NCBI GenBank assembly: GCA_947628745.1
Contig: CANRBB010000003.1
Span: 1-44,370, forward strand
Length of the DNA stretch: 44,370 nucleotides
Reading direction: 5' to 3'
DNA from: an uncultured Bacilli bacterium
GTDB taxonomy: Bacteria; Bacillota_I; Bacilli_A; RF39; UBA660
The position numbers were made by a program, and so were the translations under genes. Below the pieces are notes generated by a model, which saw only the letters and a list, made by a program, of their open reading frames with translations, did no database searches and was not told where the DNA came from. Below are positions 1-9,981 of this stretch, piece by piece (position 1 is the first letter of the stretch; each line of letters begins with the position of its first letter).

Positions 1-28
1 AAACCTCTCCTTTTGTGTGACGAAAACC

Positions 29-57
29 TTGCTTTTTTTAGCAATTTATGATATAAT
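29..57 (+). promoter_or_regulatory. sigma-A-type promoter for queH
   Basis: TTGCTT (29-34), 17-bp spacer, TG-n-TATAAT (TG 49-50, -10 at 52-57). Confidence 0.7.
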
Positions 58-117
58 ATGAGCGACTTTTAAATAGTAGCTCTATTAAGTCTAAATTAAT
101 TTGTAAAGGATAGTCAT

Positions 118-720
118 ATGAATTACAATCTGTTAATGGAAAAAGAAATAGAAAATATTAAGAAAAGCAAAAACAGTCACAAAACATTACTACTTCACAC
201 ATGTTGTGCACCATGTCTTACGGCTTGCTTAGAACGATTAAGTGATATTTTTCAGATTACTATTTACTATTATAACCCTAATATTACAAATGAAGAGGAA
301 TATAACAAAAGATTAATAGAAGTTGAAAAATATGTTAAACAGTTAAAAACAAATAATGAAATCAAAGTAGTGGGAGCTCCATACGAGCCAAAAGCTTTTT
401 TTGAGATTGCTAAAGGATTAGAAAATAGCCCAGAAAAGGGAAAGCGGTGCTACAAATGTTACAAGTTGAGACTAGAACAAACTGCATCTTACGCATCACT
501 TAATAACTATGACTATTTCGCCACAACATTAACTTTGAGTCCATACAAAAATGCCACATGGATTAATGAGATAGGATCAGACCTAAACAATAAGTATCAA
601 AGCACCTATCTATATTCGGATTTCAAAAAGAAAAATGGCTATAAAAGAAGTATTGAACTATCTAAAGAATATAATTTATATCGTCAAAACTATTGCGGTT
701 GTATTTATTCTTATAAATAA
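118..720 (+). CDS. queH: Epoxyqueuosine reductase QueH (DUF208)
   Basis: LLLHTCCAPC, YYNPNI, EKGKRCYKCYKLRL, FATTLTLSPYK and C-terminal YRQNYCGCIYS motifs. Confidence 0.93.
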   Translation: MNYNLLMEKEIENIKKSKNSHKTLLLHTCCAPCLTACLERLSDIFQITIYYYNPNITNEEEYNKRLIEVEKYVKQLKTNNEIKVVGAPYEPKAFFEIAKGLENSPEKGKRCYKCYKLRLEQTASYASLNNYDYFATTLTLSPYKNATWINEIGSDLNNKYQSTYLYSDFKKKNGYKRSIELSKEYNLYRQNYCGCIYSYK

Positions 721-735
721 AAGGGGGAAAATAAA

Positions 736-1500
736 ATGTTAAAATATCTAGACAGTCATGATTTGAACTGTGCTTATCAATTACTACCACGAGGAGCTGA
801 ATCAAACGTTTATGTCCTAAAATATAAAAAAGCACCTAGTAAAGTTTATAAAGCTTTTGCCAGTAGAACCACAAAAGAAACTTTAAAAAATAAAGAACGC
901 AAACTAATATTGTTAGATGAGAGAAAAAAATATCTAAAAGATGCATGCTTACCTCTTAATCTCGTAAAATATCCATCTAGCCAAACTATCTCAGGATACA
1001 CATCTAATTATTATCTCGGAAATATATTTGAAATAAGTTCTTGTGGTAAAAAAATATCCATAGATGATTCCATAGCCATATTTAAATTAATTAAGCAAAG
1101 AATATTAGAGTATAAAGAACAAGGAGTATATTACTATGACTACAACCTTCCTAATATTCTCTATCGCAACGATCAAAAAAATAAACACGAAATAAAAATA
1201 ATAGATATGGACAATGTTCAAGTAGAACACCTACCAAGTGATGTCTATAATTTACAAGTAGGAGGATATCTACAAAATGGAGGAGAATTAAAAGACAAGT
1301 GCCTTACCTTTGCCTTTAACGAATTTACAAGAAAGTGTTTCCAATCATATCTTAAACGCAATCTACACGCTACACAAAGTTGTGAAATAAAGCAAATACT
1401 TAATGACCTTCAAGAACAAAATCATGATTGCTTGGCTGACCACGAATTCTTATTAGACTATATTGAAGATAATTCCAAAGTGCTAAAGAAGACTATTTAA
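736..1500 (+). CDS. Protein-kinase-fold protein (atypical, RIO/Bud32/Kdo-like)
   Basis: RGAESNVY Gly-loop-like, KVYK lysine, YYDYNLPNIL (DxxxxN catalytic loop), IIDMD (DFG-like); AAGGGGG RBS. Confidence 0.65.
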   Translation: MLKYLDSHDLNCAYQLLPRGAESNVYVLKYKKAPSKVYKAFASRTTKETLKNKERKLILLDERKKYLKDACLPLNLVKYPSSQTISGYTSNYYLGNIFEISSCGKKISIDDSIAIFKLIKQRILEYKEQGVYYYDYNLPNILYRNDQKNKHEIKIIDMDNVQVEHLPSDVYNLQVGGYLQNGGELKDKCLTFAFNEFTRKCFQSYLKRNLHATQSCEIKQILNDLQEQNHDCLADHEFLLDYIEDNSKVLKKTI

Positions 1501-1603
1501 TAGCCTTTTTTTGTACGATGAATTCTGAAATTAAAAGAACTAAAGATATAAAAATTGCTTTTACTTGGAGAATTAAGAGCTTTTTTTGTACTAAAGTACA
1601 ATA

Positions 1604-1632
1604 TTTACAAGCTTTATTTCATAGTTTATAAT
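1604..1632 (+). promoter_or_regulatory. sigma-A-type promoter for murC
   Basis: TTTACA (1604-1609), 17-bp spacer, TATAAT (1627-1632). Confidence 0.6.
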
Positions 1633-1650
1633 AAATACAGAGGTGAAAAA

Positions 1651-2961
1651 ATGAAATATTATTGTATAGGTATTAAAGGAACAGGGATGTCAACTCTAGC
1701 TCAAATTCTTTCTGACTTAGGAAATGAAGTGAGTGGGTATGATGATGCCACAGAATACAAGTTTACCCAAAAGGGCTTAGATGATAGAAATATAAAAATA
1801 TATTATGATAATGAACACGACATAGATAAAGACACCATTGTTACTTATTCTGTTGCTTTTAACGAAGATCATAAAGAATTAAAAAGAGTCAAGGAATTAG
1901 GTTTAACGATAAAAAAATATAATGAAATAGTAGGAGAGATTACAACCATGTTCAACACCATATCTGTAGCAGGAACTCATGGTAAAACATCTACTTCATC
2001 TATGATTAGACATATTCTTGCTAGTTCTATTGGATGCAGTTACTTTATTGGAGCAGGAGACGGAAAAATAAACAAAGAAAATGATATCTTTGTTATTGAA
2101 TCAGACGAATTTAATAAACATTTATTAACTTATTATCCCACTAATGCCATTATTACCAATATTGAAAAAGAGCATATGGAATGTTATAAAGATTTAGAAG
2201 ATATCATAGAAACATTTACTACCTTTGCCAATCACACCAAAAACACACTTATCACATGCGGTGATAATGAAAATTGTCATAAATTAAAGACTACTACCAA
2301 AATAATTTACTACGGTTTTGGCGAAGATAACGATGTCATTATTAAAAATAAAAAAGTAAGCCCTGAAGGAGAAAACTTTGATATCTACTTTAAAGATCAA
2401 TTTTATGGTAACTTTACTATACCAGTATATGGAGATCATATGATTTTAAACGCAACAGCAGCAATAACTATGTGTCACCTATATAATATCGACCAAGATA
2501 TCATAAAAGAAAGTTTAAAAACATTTAAAAATGCCAAAAGAAGATTTGCTGAGGAAAAAGTTAAAAATCTTATTATTATAGATGATTATGCCCATCATCC
2601 AACAGAAATAAGCGCCACCCTAGACGCGGTAAGAAGAAAATACCCCAATAAAAGATTAGTAGCGATTTTTAAGCCTAATACTTATTCAAGAACAAAAGAT
2701 TTCAAAGATGAGTTTATAACAGCTCTTAGCAAAGCAGATAAAGTATATCTAACAGAAATTGATTGTAATAGAGAAAAACAAGAAGACTATCCTGGTATCA
2801 CATCTAAATTAATTATTGATGGCATCGAAAATGCAGAACAAATATCAGAAGATACCATTTCCAAACTAAAAAATGAAACAGACTCTGTAATCTGCTTCAT
2901 GAGTTGTGCTTACGTAAACCACCTAATTGATGCTTTAAAAAATATAATAAATCAAGACTAA
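1651..2961 (+). CDS. murC: UDP-N-acetylmuramate--L-alanine ligase
   Basis: CIGIKGTGMS, VAGTHGKTSTS, DDYAHHPTEI motifs; start moved to ATG 1651 after GAGGTG RBS. Confidence 0.93.
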   Translation: MKYYCIGIKGTGMSTLAQILSDLGNEVSGYDDATEYKFTQKGLDDRNIKIYYDNEHDIDKDTIVTYSVAFNEDHKELKRVKELGLTIKKYNEIVGEITTMFNTISVAGTHGKTSTSSMIRHILASSIGCSYFIGAGDGKINKENDIFVIESDEFNKHLLTYYPTNAIITNIEKEHMECYKDLEDIIETFTTFANHTKNTLITCGDNENCHKLKTTTKIIYYGFGEDNDVIIKNKKVSPEGENFDIYFKDQFYGNFTIPVYGDHMILNATAAITMCHLYNIDQDIIKESLKTFKNAKRRFAEEKVKNLIIIDDYAHHPTEISATLDAVRRKYPNKRLVAIFKPNTYSRTKDFKDEFITALSKADKVYLTEIDCNREKQEDYPGITSKLIIDGIENAEQISEDTISKLKNETDSVICFMSCAYVNHLIDALKNIINQD

Positions 2962-3341
2962 GAGCGAACGCTCTTTTTTTTCACTTTATTTTCCTGAAAC
3001 AACTTCTCCTCTTCACTAGTCAAAATAATAGGGAACTCATCCAAAATAGCTAAACCACAGCAACTATTAGCAGGTAATACATAAGTATAAAAAACTTTTC
3101 TATTTCCCCTAAACTTTCGCTCCGACAATTGATTTATAAACATTTTAATAATTTTATTTTCTCTATCAGTCATTATAATATCAACATTTTGACAATAAAA
3201 ATAAGTATTAATTCTTCTTTTTTTAATAAAGCAAATACCTCTATCTATTTTAGATAATTTAAATCTAAAACTAACAATTTTATCTTTCAAACTAGTTTTT
3301 ATATCAATAGGTATTTTTGTCTTTTTAACTTTTAAATACAT
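2958..3341 (-). CDS. DUF192-like protein (divergent)
   Basis: Pattern GICF..RINTYFY.QNVDIIMTD...YVLP resembles DUF192; ATG at 3341 preceded by GGTGA; overlaps murC stop by 4 nt. Confidence 0.5.
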   Translation of the reverse strand: MYLKVKKTKIPIDIKTSLKDKIVSFRFKLSKIDRGICFIKKRRINTYFYCQNVDIIMTDRENKIIKMFINQLSERKFRGNRKVFYTYVLPANSCCGLAILDEFPIILTSEEEKLFQENKVKKKSVRS

Positions 3342-3437
3342 TAGTATCACCAAAAAAATAATAACATAAATTTATTAAAATAACTAGCTTATATAACGTA
3401 TTCATGATAGAATAAATTGGAAAAAAGGAGGATTTAT

Positions 3438-4163
3438 ATGAGTGGACATTCAAAATGGGCAACAATTCATCGTAAAAAAGGTGAATTAGACGCCGCTCGT
3501 GGAAAAGTATTTCAAAAACTAGCCAAAGAAATTTATGTGGCAGCCAAATCAGGAACACCTGATCCCTCTAGTAATGCTGCCTTAAGGATGGTAATTGAAA
3601 AAGCACGTGGTGCTAATATGCCTAAAGACAATATCGAAAAAGCAATTCAAAAAGCTAAAGGAGCATCAGAAGCAGAAAATTATGAATCAATTCGTTATGA
3701 AGGATATGGACCATATGGTGTAGCAATTATGGTTGATTGCCTAACAGATAATCGCAACAGAACTGCTGGAGATGTTAGAAGTAAGTTTACCAAAAGAGGT
3801 GGTAACCTAGGAACAACAGGTAGCGTTAGTTATATGTTTGAACGACGTGGTATTATAAGTATTCCAAGTGATTATGATGAAGAACAAATGATGATGGCAT
3901 CTCTTGACGCCGGAGCCCTAGATTTTGTAACTTATGATGATTCATATGAAATAACAACTTTACCAGAAGACTTTATCAAAGTAAAAGAAGCACTAGAAAC
4001 AGAAGGTGTTAAAGAATTCTTGAATAGTGAAGTAACATTTATTGCCAATAATACAGTAGAACTAGAAAATGAAGAACAAATAGAAAAAGTACACAGTCTA
4101 ATTGAACAATTAGAAGAATTAGATGATGTACAAGATGTTTATTGCAATTTAAAAGAAGAATAA
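3438..4163 (+). CDS. yebC: YebC/PmpR family protein
   Basis: MSGHSKW start after AAGGAGG; YEGYGPYG, TDNRNRT, DDVQDVY motifs. Confidence 0.95.
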   Translation: MSGHSKWATIHRKKGELDAARGKVFQKLAKEIYVAAKSGTPDPSSNAALRMVIEKARGANMPKDNIEKAIQKAKGASEAENYESIRYEGYGPYGVAIMVDCLTDNRNRTAGDVRSKFTKRGGNLGTTGSVSYMFERRGIISIPSDYDEEQMMMASLDAGALDFVTYDDSYEITTLPEDFIKVKEALETEGVKEFLNSEVTFIANNTVELENEEQIEKVHSLIEQLEELDDVQDVYCNLKEE

Positions 4164-4194
4164 AATAAATAGTGGTAATTATTATCGAACGACT

Positions 4195-4225
4195 GAGAAG
4201 AGTAGAGCACATACTTTTCTCTTTT
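4195..4225 (+). terminator. Intrinsic terminator after yebC
   Basis: GAGAAGAGTA / TACTTTTCTC stem (one G-U pair) followed by TTTT. Confidence 0.55.
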
Positions 4226-4285
4226 AGTAAAAAACATTATTACTTCAGAAAAACACTAACCAATATAGAAAAACAGTTATCAGTC

Positions 4286-4336
4286 AAAACATTTGTTTGC
4301 AAAAAGCTTGCACCCATCTTTTTTTTTGGTTATAAT
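4286..4336 (+). promoter_or_regulatory. ruvAB-queA promoter with candidate LexA box
   Basis: TTGCAC (4308-4313), 17-bp spacer, TATAAT (4331-4336); AAAC-ATTT-GTTT within 4286-4299 resembles the Firmicute GAAC-N4-GTTC box. Confidence 0.6.
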
Positions 4337-4363
4337 ATAATAAGTTAAGAAAAGAGGAATGTT

Positions 4364-4930
4364 ATGTATGACTATATGATTGGTTTAGTAACCAATATTA
4401 GACCGGAGGGAATTGTTTTAGAAGTAAATGGTATAGGGTATTTCATTTATGTTCCCAATCCATACACTTTTAATATAAATGAAAAATGTACAGTCTATTT
4501 ATATCAACAAGTAAAAGAAGATGAACTAAGTCTGTTTGGTTTTAAAAAAACCGAAGAAAAAGAATTATTTATGAAATTAATAAATGTTAAAGGCTTAGGA
4601 TGTAAAATGGCTTTACCTATTATTGCGACTGGCTCTATTAACGGTATTAAAGAAGCTATTGAAAGTGAAAATATCGCTTACCTAAAAAAATTCCCTAAAA
4701 TTGGTGAAAAATTAGCTAGACAAATAATATTAGATTTAAAGGGTAAAATTGATAGTGTTCACACTTTATTTGACAATAATGAAATAAGTTATACTAGTAA
4801 TGAACTTCATGATGTTTTAATAGGTCTAGGATATAAAGATAAAGAAGTTAAAAATGTTATTTCTAAAGTTGATAATACTTTGACTATTGAAGAACAAGTA
4901 AAAGAGGCCCTAAAACAACTTTTAAAATAG
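4364..4930 (+). CDS. ruvA: Holliday junction branch migration protein RuvA
   Basis: VLEVNGIGY, LINVKGLGCKMAL, PKIGEKLARQIILDLK; adjacent to ruvB. Confidence 0.95.
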   Translation: MYDYMIGLVTNIRPEGIVLEVNGIGYFIYVPNPYTFNINEKCTVYLYQQVKEDELSLFGFKKTEEKELFMKLINVKGLGCKMALPIIATGSINGIKEAIESENIAYLKKFPKIGEKLARQIILDLKGKIDSVHTLFDNNEISYTSNELHDVLIGLGYKDKEVKNVISKVDNTLTIEEQVKEALKQLLK

Positions 4931-4941
4931 GAGGTTAAATA

Positions 4942-5958
4942 ATGGATGAGAGAGTAATTACAACAAGAGAATTAAAAGATGACGGTGAATTAGACAATAC
5001 TATTCGTCCAGAATGTATTGAAGAATATATAGGACAGGCCGATGTTAAAGAAAATATTAAAGTGTATATCGAAGCAGCCAAAATGAGGAATGAATCTCTC
5101 GATCACGTTTTACTTTATGGACCTCCAGGCCTTGGCAAAACGACACTTGCCTATATAATCGCTAATGAATTAGGAACTAATATTAAAACTGCCAGTGGTC
5201 CCAGTATCGAAAAATCAGGCGATTTAGCAGCTATCTTATCAACTCTTGAAAAAGGGGATGTCCTTTTTATCGATGAAATTCACCGTATGCCTAGATTTAT
5301 TGAAGAAATTCTGTACCCCGCTATGGAAGATTTCACTTTAGAAATAATTGTCGGCAGTGAAGGTAATACTCGAAACATAAAGATAGATTTACCACCCTTT
5401 ACCCTCGTTGGAGCAACTACTAGAGCTGGTGATTTATCAGCACCCTTACGTGACCGTTTTGGTATAGTGTCCAAATTGCAATATTATACTGTTGAAGAAC
5501 TTGCTCAAATAATAAAAAGAACTTCCAAAGTTTTAGGGGTAGGTATTGATGAAGATGCTACCATTGAATTAGCTTCTAGAAGTAGAGGAACACCTAGAAT
5601 TGCTAACCGTCTCTTCAAAAGAGTACGTGATTTTGCTCTTGTAAAAGGCAACGGTTATATTGACAAAGATATTATAAAGCTAGCCTTGGAAAGATTAAAA
5701 GTAGATGATATGGGTTTAGATGAGACTGACCATGAGTTGTTGCTTGCTATAATCAATAAATTTAATGGAGGACCAGTAGGTGTAGAAGCTGTAGCTAGCG
5801 CAATTGGAGAAGAAGTAACTACCATTGAAGATGTATATGAACCATATCTATTACAAACGGGGCTACTAAAAAGAACAGCACGTGGTAGAATGGTGACTGC
5901 TAAAGCTTATGAAGTTTTACATATAAAATATGATGAATTAACGAAAAGAAAAAAATAG
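4942..5958 (+). CDS. ruvB: Holliday junction branch migration helicase RuvB
   Basis: GPPGLGKTT Walker A, LFIDEIHR Walker [19 protein letters not shown]. Confidence 0.97.
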   Translation: MDERVITTRELKDDGELDNTIRPECIEEYIGQADVKENIKVYIEAAKMRNESLDHVLLYGPPGLGKTTLAYIIANELGTNIKTASGPSIEKSGDLAAILSTLEKGDVLFIDEIHRMPRFIEEILYPAMEDFTLEIIVGSEGNTRNIKIDLPPFTLVGATTRAGDLSAPLRDRFGIVSKLQYYTVEELAQIIKRTSKVLGVGIDEDATIELASRSRGTPRIANRLFKRVRDFALVKGNGYIDKDIIKLALERLKVDDMGLDETDHELLLAIINKFNGGPVGVEAVASAIGEEVTTIEDVYEPYLLQTGLLKRTARGRMVTAKAYEVLHIKYDELTKRKK

Positions 5959-5966
5959 AGGTGCAT

Positions 5967-6995
5967 ATGAAAGTAGATGAATTTGATTATTATTTACCAA
6001 AAGAACTAATTGCTCAAAAACCATTAAAAGAAAGAAGTACATCTCGCTTAATGGTCTTAGACAAAAATACTGGTAAAATAGAACATCAGAAATTTTATAA
6101 CATTATTGACTATTTAAATCCAGGAGATACACTTGTACTAAACGATACTAAAGTTTTGCCAGCACGTCTCATTGGTGAGAAAGAAGATACAGGCGCAATT
6201 ATTGAAGTGTTACTCCTAAAGAACTTAGAAAATGATACATGGGAGTGCTTAGTTAAACCTGCCAGACGGATAAAAGTAGGAACAGTTGTTCTTTTTGGAA
6301 ATGGAGAATTAAAAATGCGTTGTACTAAGGAATTAGACGAGGGTATTCGCCATTTCGAAATGATTTATGATGGCATCTTTTTAGAAATACTAGATAGACT
6401 TGGCACGATGCCTTTGCCACCCTATATTCATGAAAAACTTGAAGATAAGTCATCTTACCAAACCGTATACGCTAAAGAAATAGGAAGTGCCGCCGCACCT
6501 ACCGCTGGACTACATTTTACACTAGATTTATTAGAACAAATAAAAAATAAAGGCGTAAACATTTGTTATATAACCTTACATGTTGGCCTTGGTACCTTTA
6601 GACCAGTGAATGTCGATGATGTTACACAGCATAAAATGCATAGCGAATATTACACAGTAAGTAAAGCTGTTGCTGATAAATTAAATGAAACAAAAAAATT
6701 AGGCCATAAAATAATTGCCGTAGGAACTACAACCACACGAACTTTAGAAACAGTAGCTAATAAATATGATGGTACTTTTCAGGAAGATAGTGGTTGGACT
6801 AATATCTTTATTTATCCTGGTTATGATTTCAAAGCTATCGACAATTTGATTACCAATTTCCACTTACCTAAGTCAACTTTAGTAATGCTAGTTTCAGCTT
6901 TAGCTGGAAAAGAAAACATTTTAAATGCCTATAACGAGGCCATCAAAAATAAATACCGATTCTTCTCGTTTGGTGATGCAATGTTCATCAAGTAA
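5967..6995 (+). CDS. queA: tRNA preQ1(34) SAM ribosyltransferase-isomerase QueA
   Basis: [50 protein letters not shown]; ATG 5967 after GAGGTG. Confidence 0.97.
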   Translation: MKVDEFDYYLPKELIAQKPLKERSTSRLMVLDKNTGKIEHQKFYNIIDYLNPGDTLVLNDTKVLPARLIGEKEDTGAIIEVLLLKNLENDTWECLVKPARRIKVGTVVLFGNGELKMRCTKELDEGIRHFEMIYDGIFLEILDRLGTMPLPPYIHEKLEDKSSYQTVYAKEIGSAAAPTAGLHFTLDLLEQIKNKGVNICYITLHVGLGTFRPVNVDDVTQHKMHSEYYTVSKAVADKLNETKKLGHKIIAVGTTTTRTLETVANKYDGTFQEDSGWTNIFIYPGYDFKAIDNLITNFHLPKSTLVMLVSALAGKENILNAYNEAIKNKYRFFSFGDAMFIK

Positions 6996-7034
6996 CTCAT
7001 AATAAATAAAAAAGAGTGCCTAAACTAGCTTCCA

Positions 7035-7082
7035 GTGACAATATGATGATTTTTGTAAAAATCAAATATATTGTCATTTTTT
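7035..7082 (+). terminator. Long hairpin terminator after queA
   Basis: TGACAATAT...GATTTTT-gt-AAAAATC...ATATTGTCA followed by a T run. Confidence 0.6.
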
Positions 7083-7131
7083 ATATCATCCCTTTTAAAA
7101 GAGTATTTTTTCAAAAAATGATATGTCATTA

Positions 7132-7160
7132 TTGATTTATTTCCCAAAATACAGTATAAT
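7132..7160 (+). promoter_or_regulatory. sigma-A-type promoter for the HEXXH gene
   Basis: TTGATT (7132-7137), 17-bp spacer, TATAAT (7155-7160). Confidence 0.55.
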
Positions 7161-7186
7161 ACAGAGAATTTGAAAGGAAGTATATT

Positions 7187-8254
7187 ATGGCTACCAAATC
7201 ATCAAAACATTTAGCTATATTTTTAACCCTTAGTATCTTACTACACAATTATCAAAATATTACTAAAATAAAAAATAAAGAAGAAATATCCCTCTTATCT
7301 CCTAATTATAAAACAAGTATAACAAAAACACTAAATGATCCGAATGAACTATATTCTTATATAAATAGTAACACTAATTTAGACAAAACGGAAAAACAAA
7401 TCATAAATGGCTCTTGGAACTTCATAGAAGACTACTATCAAAGCTTAGATTATGACTATATTACAACACAATTGCAAAAATTTGATATAAAATATGAAAA
7501 AATAAGCCCTACATTTTCAGGAACATGGAACACTACGACGTCCACTATTACACTCTACGGACTAGAAAATAAAACTCAAATATTAGAAAAACAAAGCGCT
7601 GCTAATCACGAATTTATTCATCTTTTAAGCAATGGTCAAAATAACATTCCTCCATTTCTTAAAGAAGGAATAGATGCTTTAATATGCTTAGAATACGATA
7701 TTAGTAGGCCATCATACAAAAAGCAATACACAACAGTTCAACTGCTTTGCGAAATAATTAACCCCGATTTAATTATCAAAAGTTATCTCCAAGGAGATAT
7801 CAACATTATAAAACAAGAACTCTTAAAAATAGATAATGATCCAGAAAAATTAGAAGAATTATTTACATGTTTCGATAACTATCACCAAATATTTATGCAA
7901 CAATTAAGCCTCGTCTCCCAAAATCAAGGCCTCTTAGACGACGAACAATTAAAACAATTTAAAGATAATGCCAATAGTGCCTATGGTAACATGCAAACAA
8001 TAGATATTATTTTAAAAGATTATCTAAACAAAAATACAACATTAAATAAACAAGAACAACATAACCAAATGATAGATAAGTATCATCAAACCCTTTTAGC
8101 AAACGATTATTGTCTACAAGAAGTAACAAGAAACAAAATACCTTTAACTGCAGTATTACAAAAACCAGAACTAATTATCAAAAAGACATCCTACTTCAAT
8201 AAAGAAAATTATATTGAAGACCAAACTAAAAATAAGATAAAATCCTATAAATAA
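7187..8254 (+). CDS. Putative exported zinc metallopeptidase-like protein (gluzincin-type motif)
   Basis: N-terminal hydrophobic stretch; HEFIH followed by FLKEG (HEXXH...E third ligand); AAAGGAAG RBS. Confidence 0.55.
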   Translation: MATKSSKHLAIFLTLSILLHNYQNITKIKNKEEISLLSPNYKTSITKTLNDPNELYSYINSNTNLDKTEKQIINGSWNFIEDYYQSLDYDYITTQLQKFDIKYEKISPTFSGTWNTTTSTITLYGLENKTQILEKQSAANHEFIHLLSNGQNNIPPFLKEGIDALICLEYDISRPSYKKQYTTVQLLCEIINPDLIIKSYLQGDINIIKQELLKIDNDPEKLEELFTCFDNYHQIFMQQLSLVSQNQGLLDDEQLKQFKDNANSAYGNMQTIDIILKDYLNKNTTLNKQEQHNQMIDKYHQTLLANDYCLQEVTRNKIPLTAVLQKPELIIKKTSYFNKENYIEDQTKNKIKSYK

Positions 8255-8347
8255 CATATCAAAAAATGTCAATTTACAATAATTCTTATCTTGATAATTT
8301 ATATAAAACAAATAATAATATATACTATAAATAGTAAGGAGGAAAAA

Positions 8348-9748
8348 ATGATAAAAAAAATAAACATTATAAGTTATCTATTAATGGTTATATTATCTAT
8401 ATTAATGTCCATAAGTATTATCAAGCTAAACATTATACCAAATAAATACTTATATCCACTTTTGATAGCAATTATCATAATCGCTATAATTATAGGACTA
8501 ATTACTTTCAAGACCAAATCTAAAATTATCCAAATTATTCTAATCATTATTACTCTATTAATCGCAATAACAGAATTATTTGCTAATCAAAAGATAAATG
8601 AGACAAATAACTTTATCCAAAACTTGGAACAAGTTGAAGAAACAAGTGTTTACTATGTAATGGTTTTAAAAGAAAGTCCTTATAAAAATATCAAAGACTT
8701 AACAGATAAAAAAATAGGTTCATATAACATTGATTTACAAAATTACCCAAAAGCAAAAAAAGAATTATCTAATATCATAACCTATAAAGAAATTACATAC
8801 CAAAATATATCTAATCTAACAAACGATATGCTAAGTCAAAGTATAGATGCTATGTATATAAATTCAAATATTAAAACTATTATAGAAGAAAATGAAAGTC
8901 TAAATAATAAGTTTAAAGTTATAAAAAATATAAAAATAAAACTAGAAACATCAAATCAAAAACAAGTATCCAAAACTAATAATGATTATTTTAATATCTA
9001 TATAAGTGGTATAGACACATATGGACAAATTAATACAGTTTCAAGAAGTGATGTCAACATCATTATGACTGTTAACAGAAAACAAAATAAAATATTATTA
9101 ACTACTATCCCACGCGATAGTTATGTACAATTATATGGAACAAGTGGTTCATTAGATAAATTAACTCACGCTGGAATATATGGAATAAATACATCTGTTA
9201 AAACTATTGAAGACTTTTTAAATATAGACATAGATTATTATTTACGAATCAACTTTGATACTTTAATAAATGTTATAGATTCTATAGGAGGAATAGAAGT
9301 ATATAGTGATGTTGCCTTTACTTCAGGAGGATATACTTTTAATGAAGGACTTAATCAGATGGATGGTAAAAAAGCACTAGCATTCTCAAGAGAAAGGAAG
9401 CAGTTTAAAGAAGGGGATAGATTAAGAGGTAAACATCAACAAGCAGTAATTACAGGTGTCATTAATAAAGTAACATCTTCTACAACATTACTAACAAATT
9501 ATAGTTCTATTTTAAACAGTTTAGCAAATACTTTTCAAACTAATATCCCAAGTGATTTAATAAAAGACATCTTTAAAACTCAATTGGAAAAAATGAAAAG
9601 TTGGAATATCAACTCCATAAGTGTAAATGGAACGGGTAGTTATTCAACTAATACCTACTCAATGCCAGGATGGAACTTATATGTTATGATTCCAGACCAA
9701 AAAACAGTAGATGATGCTCATCAAAAAATCATAGCATTACAAAATTAA
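8348..9748 (+). CDS. LCP family protein (CpsA/Wzg-like)
   Basis: Three N-terminal TM segments; ISGIDT..SRSDVNI, TTIPRDSYV, DKLTHAG, FSRERK..GDRLRG; ATG 8348 after AAGGAGG. Confidence 0.9.
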   Translation: MIKKINIISYLLMVILSILMSISIIKLNIIPNKYLYPLLIAIIIIAIIIGLITFKTKSKIIQIILIIITLLIAITELFANQKINETNNFIQNLEQVEETSVYYVMVLKESPYKNIKDLTDKKIGSYNIDLQNYPKAKKELSNIITYKEITYQNISNLTNDMLSQSIDAMYINSNIKTIIEENESLNNKFKVIKNIKIKLETSNQKQVSKTNNDYFNIYISGIDTYGQINTVSRSDVNIIMTVNRKQNKILLTTIPRDSYVQLYGTSGSLDKLTHAGIYGINTSVKTIEDFLNIDIDYYLRINFDTLINVIDSIGGIEVYSDVAFTSGGYTFNEGLNQMDGKKALAFSRERKQFKEGDRLRGKHQQAVITGVINKVTSSTTLLTNYSSILNSLANTFQTNIPSDLIKDIFKTQLEKMKSWNINSISVNGTGSYSTNTYSMPGWNLYVMIPDQKTVDDAHQKIIALQN

Positions 9749-9752
9749 ATAA

Positions 9753-9875
9753 CTATTTAGATTTTTTGGACAGTAATCGCTCATCACTTTCCTTGGCTAG
9801 AACAAGGCTAGAAAAGATAAATAAAATAATTAAAATAGTAGTAAATGTAAGTATTGATATAATCAAGTATTTAAT
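9753..9875 (-). CDS. Small single-pass membrane peptide (40 aa, ATT start), not in the ORF track
   Basis: Minus-strand AGGAGG (9889-9884), 8 nt, ATT; reads IKYLIISILTFTTILIILFIFSSLVLAKESDERLLSKKSK*. Confidence 0.5.
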   Translation of the reverse strand: MKYLIISILTFTTILIILFIFSSLVLAKESDERLLSKKSK

Positions 9876-9981
9876 ATTATCAACCTCCTATTCTTACTAT
9901 TAGTTTATCTAAATATGTCGAAAAATATTATAAAAATATAATTTTTAAATTTTTTAAATCTATTTTTTAAAATGGGTATTA

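Noticed and set aside
1-20. Minus-strand AAGGAGAGG RBS at the left edge
   Set aside because: Probably serves a divergent gene starting outside the window; nothing to annotate here.
1555-1650. N-terminal extension of the murC ORF
   Set aside because: Overlaps a promoter and a terminator-like hairpin; the RBS and MurC motifs begin at ATG 1651.
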